Source: Clostridia bacterium
GTDB taxonomy: Bacteria; Bacillota; Clostridia; Christensenellales; CAG-138
Length of the DNA stretch: 64,000 bases
Assembly: GCA_017538255.1 (NCBI GenBank)
Contig: JAFYJD010000006.1
Location: 78,885 to 142,884, forward strand
Direction: 5' to 3'
Shown here: positions 63,497 through 64,000 of the stretch, piece after piece
How the letters are laid out: the number at the start of each line of letters is the position of its first letter
Numbering within the stretch: position 1 is the stretch's first letter
Notes under the pieces: generated by a model
What the model saw: the letters and a program-made list of their open reading frames with translations, nothing else
What the model was told of the DNA's origin: nothing
Databases searched by the model: none
Program-made: the position numbers and the translations under genes

Positions 63497-64000
63497 TCTT
63501 TCTGCACGTTTAAGCCTTATATTCAGGGCTGTATGCCTTGTTGTTGCGGCGCTGTTTTTCTGCGGCTGCGCGGTTTGCGGTACGGAAAAATCGGCCTCGA
63601 CGAGCATCGAGCCGCAGGCGGGCATAGACGCGGTTTTGACCGAGCTGCCGAGCGCCGTGCCGACCGCTACGCCTTCGCCCTCGCCAGAGGCGACCCCCGT
63701 GCCTGCCGACACGCCAACGTCGGAGCCTACGCCCGCACCTACCGCAACGCCAACGGCAGAGCCTACGCCCGCACCTACCGCAACGCCAAAGCCGCCGGTC
63801 GTGCCTACCGCAACACCGGCGCCCACACCCACGCCCACGCCCGCGACCACCGATACACCGACGGTCGCGCCGACCGCAACACCCAAGCCAACCGTGGCGC
63901 CTACCGCAACGCCTAAACCAACGGAAACGCCCGGCGTTCCCGTAGATTTCGGAATCTTCGACGATTTCTGTTTTATCGGCAACTCGCTGCTTCACGGCGT
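63483..64000 (+). CDS. Partial (3'-open) secreted/lipoprotein with a Pro/Thr/Ala-rich linker, followed by the start of an SGNH/GDSL-like domain
   Basis: Hand-translated and absent from the ORF track because it has no stop inside the window. Reads [33 protein letters not shown]..., then [28 protein letters not shown]..., then [19 protein letters not shown]. The ATG overlaps the der 3' end by 14 nt. Confidence 0.55.
   Translation, partial: MTINNLSARLSLIFRAVCLVVAALFFCGCAVCGTEKSASTSIEPQAGIDAVLTELPSAVPTATPSPSPEATPVPADTPTSEPTPAPTATPTAEPTPAPTATPKPPVVPTATPAPTPTPTPATTDTPTVAPTATPKPTVAPTATPKPTETPGVPVDFGIFDDFCFIGNSLLHG
63723..63788 (+). repeat. 36-nt-period coding tandem duplication in the PT-rich linker
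   Basis: GAGCCTACGCCCGCACCTACCGCAACGCCA is identical at 63723..63752 and 63759..63788 ([10 protein letters not shown] twice). Confidence 0.85.

Noticed and set aside
63293-63995. Minus-strand ORFs of 229 aa (G/V/A-rich) and 161 aa (R/G/C-rich), plus the plus-strand ORF at 63533..63916
   Set aside because: These are alternative frames of the Pro/Thr-coding repeat. Only the frame starting at 63483 has a signal peptide, sensible composition and continuation into a globular-looking domain.

Overview
64-kb chromosomal window that looks like a high-GC Clostridia-type Firmicute. The evidence is the rnfCDGEAB order, rpsF-ssb-rpsR, cdaA-cdaR, RNase J, YlbF and a SpoVB-like flippase. The species cannot be named from sequence alone. 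All calls rest on motif and synteny recognition by eye; no BLAST, HMM or folding was run.

Content: about 65 CDS and 1 tRNA. There are no rRNA genes, CRISPR arrays, transposases or integrases. Most of it is housekeeping:
- pyrH / frr-uppS-cdsA-dxr-rseP
- the Rnf complex
- rpmB-glyQS, and serC-serA
- rpsF-ssb-rpsR, and cdaA-cdaR
- an ABC-F ATPase, rnj, mltG, uvrC
- an aminotransferase-tyrS-yigZ-ilvE operon
- lepA-hemW, and DUF512-der

Many operons carry near-consensus sigma-A promoters (TTGACA/TTGCAA, 17-nt spacer, TATAAT) and clean hairpin terminators. These also correct several ORF-track starts (frr, rnfC, rnfB, lepA, ilvE, trmH-like, L,D-transpeptidase, the Ntn-like gene, DUF2461).

No single obvious novel system such as a defence island is visible. 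The best candidates for undescribed biology are:
1. A tightly coupled operon, uvrC / HAD-ROK fusion / GNAT / proteasome-beta-like Ntn hydrolase. The last gene would expose Ser1 after Met removal.
2. A two-gene cassette wedged between pyrH and frr: a YcaQ/AlkZ-type crosslink glycosylase plus an unknown protein with a His/Cys-rich tail.
3. A cluster of GNAT, PAP2-like protein, a Nudix / Zn-ribbon / methyltransferase fusion, and a second GNAT.
4. A small tRNA-Val-flanked accessory islet containing a gene-fragment relic.
5. A membrane-anchored DnaQ-like exonuclease domain with degenerate catalytic residues.
6. A lipoprotein serpin.

One real-looking ORF (63483 to the window end) is missing from the ORF track because it runs off the window.
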